From contig CAWDBA010000006.1 of the NCBI GenBank assembly GCA_963800485.1, positions 41,428-105,427 of the forward strand: a stretch of 64,000 nucleotides of DNA. Reading direction: 5' to 3'. Below the pieces are notes generated by a model that did no database searches, was not told the DNA's origin, and saw only the letters and a program-made list of their open reading frames with translations. Position numbers and translations under genes: made by a program. Below are positions 61,867-64,000 of the stretch, piece after piece. This DNA is from an uncultured Actinomycetota bacterium (GTDB lineage: Bacteria; Actinomycetota; Actinomycetes; Propionibacteriales; Nocardioidaceae). Numbering within the stretch: position 1 is the first letter of the stretch; every line of letters begins with the position of its first letter.

Positions 61867-63012
61867 GTGACCTGGAGCGCTGAACGACGACTCGCGGCCC
61901 TGCTGGTCGCGGTGGCCATCGGGACCAACGTCCCCACACCCCTGCTCCTGGTCTACCGCGAGCGACTCTCGATGACCGACGAGTCCCTGACAGCGATCTT
62001 CGGCGTCTACGCGCTGGGACTGATGCTTGCGCTCTCGGTTGCGGGTCGGGCCGCCGACCATTTCGGACGTCGTCGCGTCGTCCTCCCGGGAGCGGTCTGT
62101 GCGGCCCTCGCATCGCTGCTGTTCATCCTCGCCGCGGACAGCGAGCCGCTCCTCTACCTCGTCCGGTTCCTCCAAGGGGCGGCCTCGGGAACGGTATTCA
62201 GCATCGGAAGCGCCTGGCTGGTGGAGACGGCCGCCCGACGCGGGAACCACGCCGGCCCTCGCACGGCCGCGGTCGCCATGACGGGAGGCTTCGCGATCGG
62301 ACCTGCGTACGCGGGCCTCATCGGCCAGTGGGGACCGTGGCCCCTGGTCCTCCCGTACCTCCTGCACGTGGTCATCCTGCTGGCGGCGCTCCGAGTCTCG
62401 CTGTCGGTTGCCGAGTCGCTGATCCGACGTCCGATGACCCCCCATGCCTCGTCCGCCGGAGCGTTCCGGCCCGGCACCCGACGTACCGCCCTGCTCGTCG
62501 TCGCACCGCTCGCGGTGTGTGTCTACGCCTTCCCTGCAAGCACGATCGCTGCGGTACCGGTCCTCGTCGGGTTCCCAGTAGCGCCGGTGGCGCTGACCGG
62601 ACTGATGGCCGGCCTCGCCCTCGGCGCGGGAGCGCTGGCCGCCCCGCTCCAGGGTCGTCTCGGCCCGCGCACCGCACCCGCCGCTGCCGCCTGTGGAATG
62701 GTCGGCTTCGGCGGCACGGCCCTCGCGGCCGCACTACCCGGGCTCCTGCTGATGGTCATCCCCGCCTCGGCCGTGCTCGGAGCCGGGGGCGGTCTCGCGC
62801 TCGCGAGCGGGATCTCGCGACTTCCCGCGCTGGCCACCCCGGGGAGGTTGGGCACCGTGTCCGCCGGCTTCTACGCCACCGCCTACATCGGCTTCGGATC
62901 CCCGCTGATGATCACCGCTCTCGCCGAGCAGGTCTCGGTGGCTCCCGTTCTGGCGGTCCTGGCCGGGCTGTGCGGGATACTCGCCTTCCAACAGGCACGG
63001 GCCCGGTTGTGA
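61867..63012 (+). CDS. MFS transporter
   Basis: NVPTPL, GRAADHFGRRRV (motif A), RFLQG, ~12 TMs. Confidence 0.88.
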   Translation: MTWSAERRLAALLVAVAIGTNVPTPLLLVYRERLSMTDESLTAIFGVYALGLMLALSVAGRAADHFGRRRVVLPGAVCAALASLLFILAADSEPLLYLVRFLQGAASGTVFSIGSAWLVETAARRGNHAGPRTAAVAMTGGFAIGPAYAGLIGQWGPWPLVLPYLLHVVILLAALRVSLSVAESLIRRPMTPHASSAGAFRPGTRRTALLVVAPLAVCVYAFPASTIAAVPVLVGFPVAPVALTGLMAGLALGAGALAAPLQGRLGPRTAPAAAACGMVGFGGTALAAALPGLLLMVIPASAVLGAGGGLALASGISRLPALATPGRLGTVSAGFYATAYIGFGSPLMITALAEQVSVAPVLAVLAGLCGILAFQQARARL

Positions 63013-63149
63013 TACCCCCACGACGCCGTCGCCTACGTCCAAACCCGCCGTGACCGAGGCACGCCGCAGGAGACACATCTGCTCCGGACACCGAGGCGCT
63101 GCCGGAGGAGCCATCGCCGGCTTCTCGCTCTACGTGGCATGATTGTGGC

Positions 63150-63383
63150 ATGAGTCGCACACGCTTGAGCACCACCGTGGACGCCGAACTCCTCGAGAGC
63201 GCCCGCAAGGCCTCCAGGAAGCCAGACTCCGCTCTTGTCGACGAAGCACTAGCTGCCTTGCTGGACCGCCATCGGTCGGCCGAAGTCGACGCCAGTTACG
63301 CGGCATACGACGAGCATCCGCTCGACGAGCCAGACGAGTGGGGAGACCTGGCCTCGTTCCGACGGGGGGTTGCGGCCTCGTGA
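63150..63383 (+). CDS. Antitoxin (RHH-like N-terminus, acidic C-terminus)
   Basis: [30 protein letters not shown]; GTGA overlap with the toxin. Confidence 0.8.
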   Translation: MSRTRLSTTVDAELLESARKASRKPDSALVDEALAALLDRHRSAEVDASYAAYDEHPLDEPDEWGDLASFRRGVAAS

Positions 63384-63709
63384 CGGAGCTCCCGGCGCGC
63401 GGGGAAGTGTGGTGGTGCGAGATGGCGGAGATCGGCCGTCGACCCGTCGTCGTGCTGTCTCGTGACGCCGTTATCCCGCGCCATCGCCGAGCCCTCGTCG
63501 CCCCCTGCACGACCACGATCCGAGACCTCCCGAGCGAAGTTGTCCTCGAACCCGGTGACGACCCGGTGCCGCTCCGCTCCGCTGTCAACCTCGACTCGAT
63601 CGAAAGCGTCTCGGTCGCGATCCTCGTGGAGCGCCTGGGGCGGGTGGCCGAGGCCCGGATGCGTGAGGTCTGCGCTGCCCTCGCGGTCGCGGTCGACTGT
63701 TCAGGCTGA
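63380..63709 (+). CDS. mazF: PemK/MazF family toxin
   Basis: [26 protein letters not shown]. Confidence 0.9.
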   Translation: MTELPARGEVWWCEMAEIGRRPVVVLSRDAVIPRHRRALVAPCTTTIRDLPSEVVLEPGDDPVPLRSAVNLDSIESVSVAILVERLGRVAEARMREVCAALAVAVDCSG

Positions 63710-63762
63710 GCGTGCCGGTGGGGGGGTCCGCCTACGGCGATGGCCCGGCCGAGCAACAGACC

Positions 63763-64000
63763 TCAGTCGGTGCTGGCGAGAATCAGTCGGGTCGCTTCGT
63801 GCGGTGCGTCCCACTGGGGAAAGTGACCGCACCGCTCGAACCAGTGCAGGACCGCGTCGGGGAACAGTTCCGCAGCACGCGCGGCCTGTCTCGGCACGGT
63901 CACCAGGTCACGACGACCCCAACCAATGGTGACTCGGCCGGGCACTGTGCCAGCCGGAGCTCCCTGTTGCTTGGGCCCCTTGGTCAGGGCGTCCAAGGCA
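63763..64000 (-). CDS. Alpha/beta hydrolase (3' part; runs off window end)
   Basis: IGWGRRD..CGHFPQWDAP. Confidence 0.75.
   Translation of the reverse strand, partial: ALDALTKGPKQQGAPAGTVPGRVTIGWGRRDLVTVPRQAARAAELFPDAVLHWFERCGHFPQWDAPHEATRLILASTD

Overview
High-GC actinobacterial chromosome; gene content and order suggest Nocardioidaceae (inference). Bases 1-45.8 kb are the conserved actinobacterial block: topA, gabD, hppA, bldG, DUF1998 helicase, Tad/Flp pilus locus, HAD hydrolase, a putative Ms1-type RNA, Fic-like gene, acs, nhaA, marP, nth, crp, ArsA pair, whiB4/wblA, ponA2, tRNA-Pro, orphan DNA MTase, asd, ask, recR, ybaB, dnaX, SRP RNA and tRNA-Ser. After tRNA-Ser(GGA) (45.8-64 kb) lies an eroded accessory region. 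It holds IS481, IS1111/IS110, IS1634 and IS3 remnants, an APC permease fused to a DUF5661-like domain, two mirror-image two-component modules, several deletion-riddled pseudogenes, an OBAP/DUF1264 gene, an MFS transporter and a MazF-type TA pair. The two most notable unannotated signals are non-coding. One is a miniaturised IS1111-type element that keeps its ends and a downstream non-coding region containing matches to its own circle junction, i.e. a bridge/seek RNA candidate. The other is a compact (~165 nt) Ms1-like RNA with promoter and terminator. All family assignments come from motif recognition by eye; no database searches were run.
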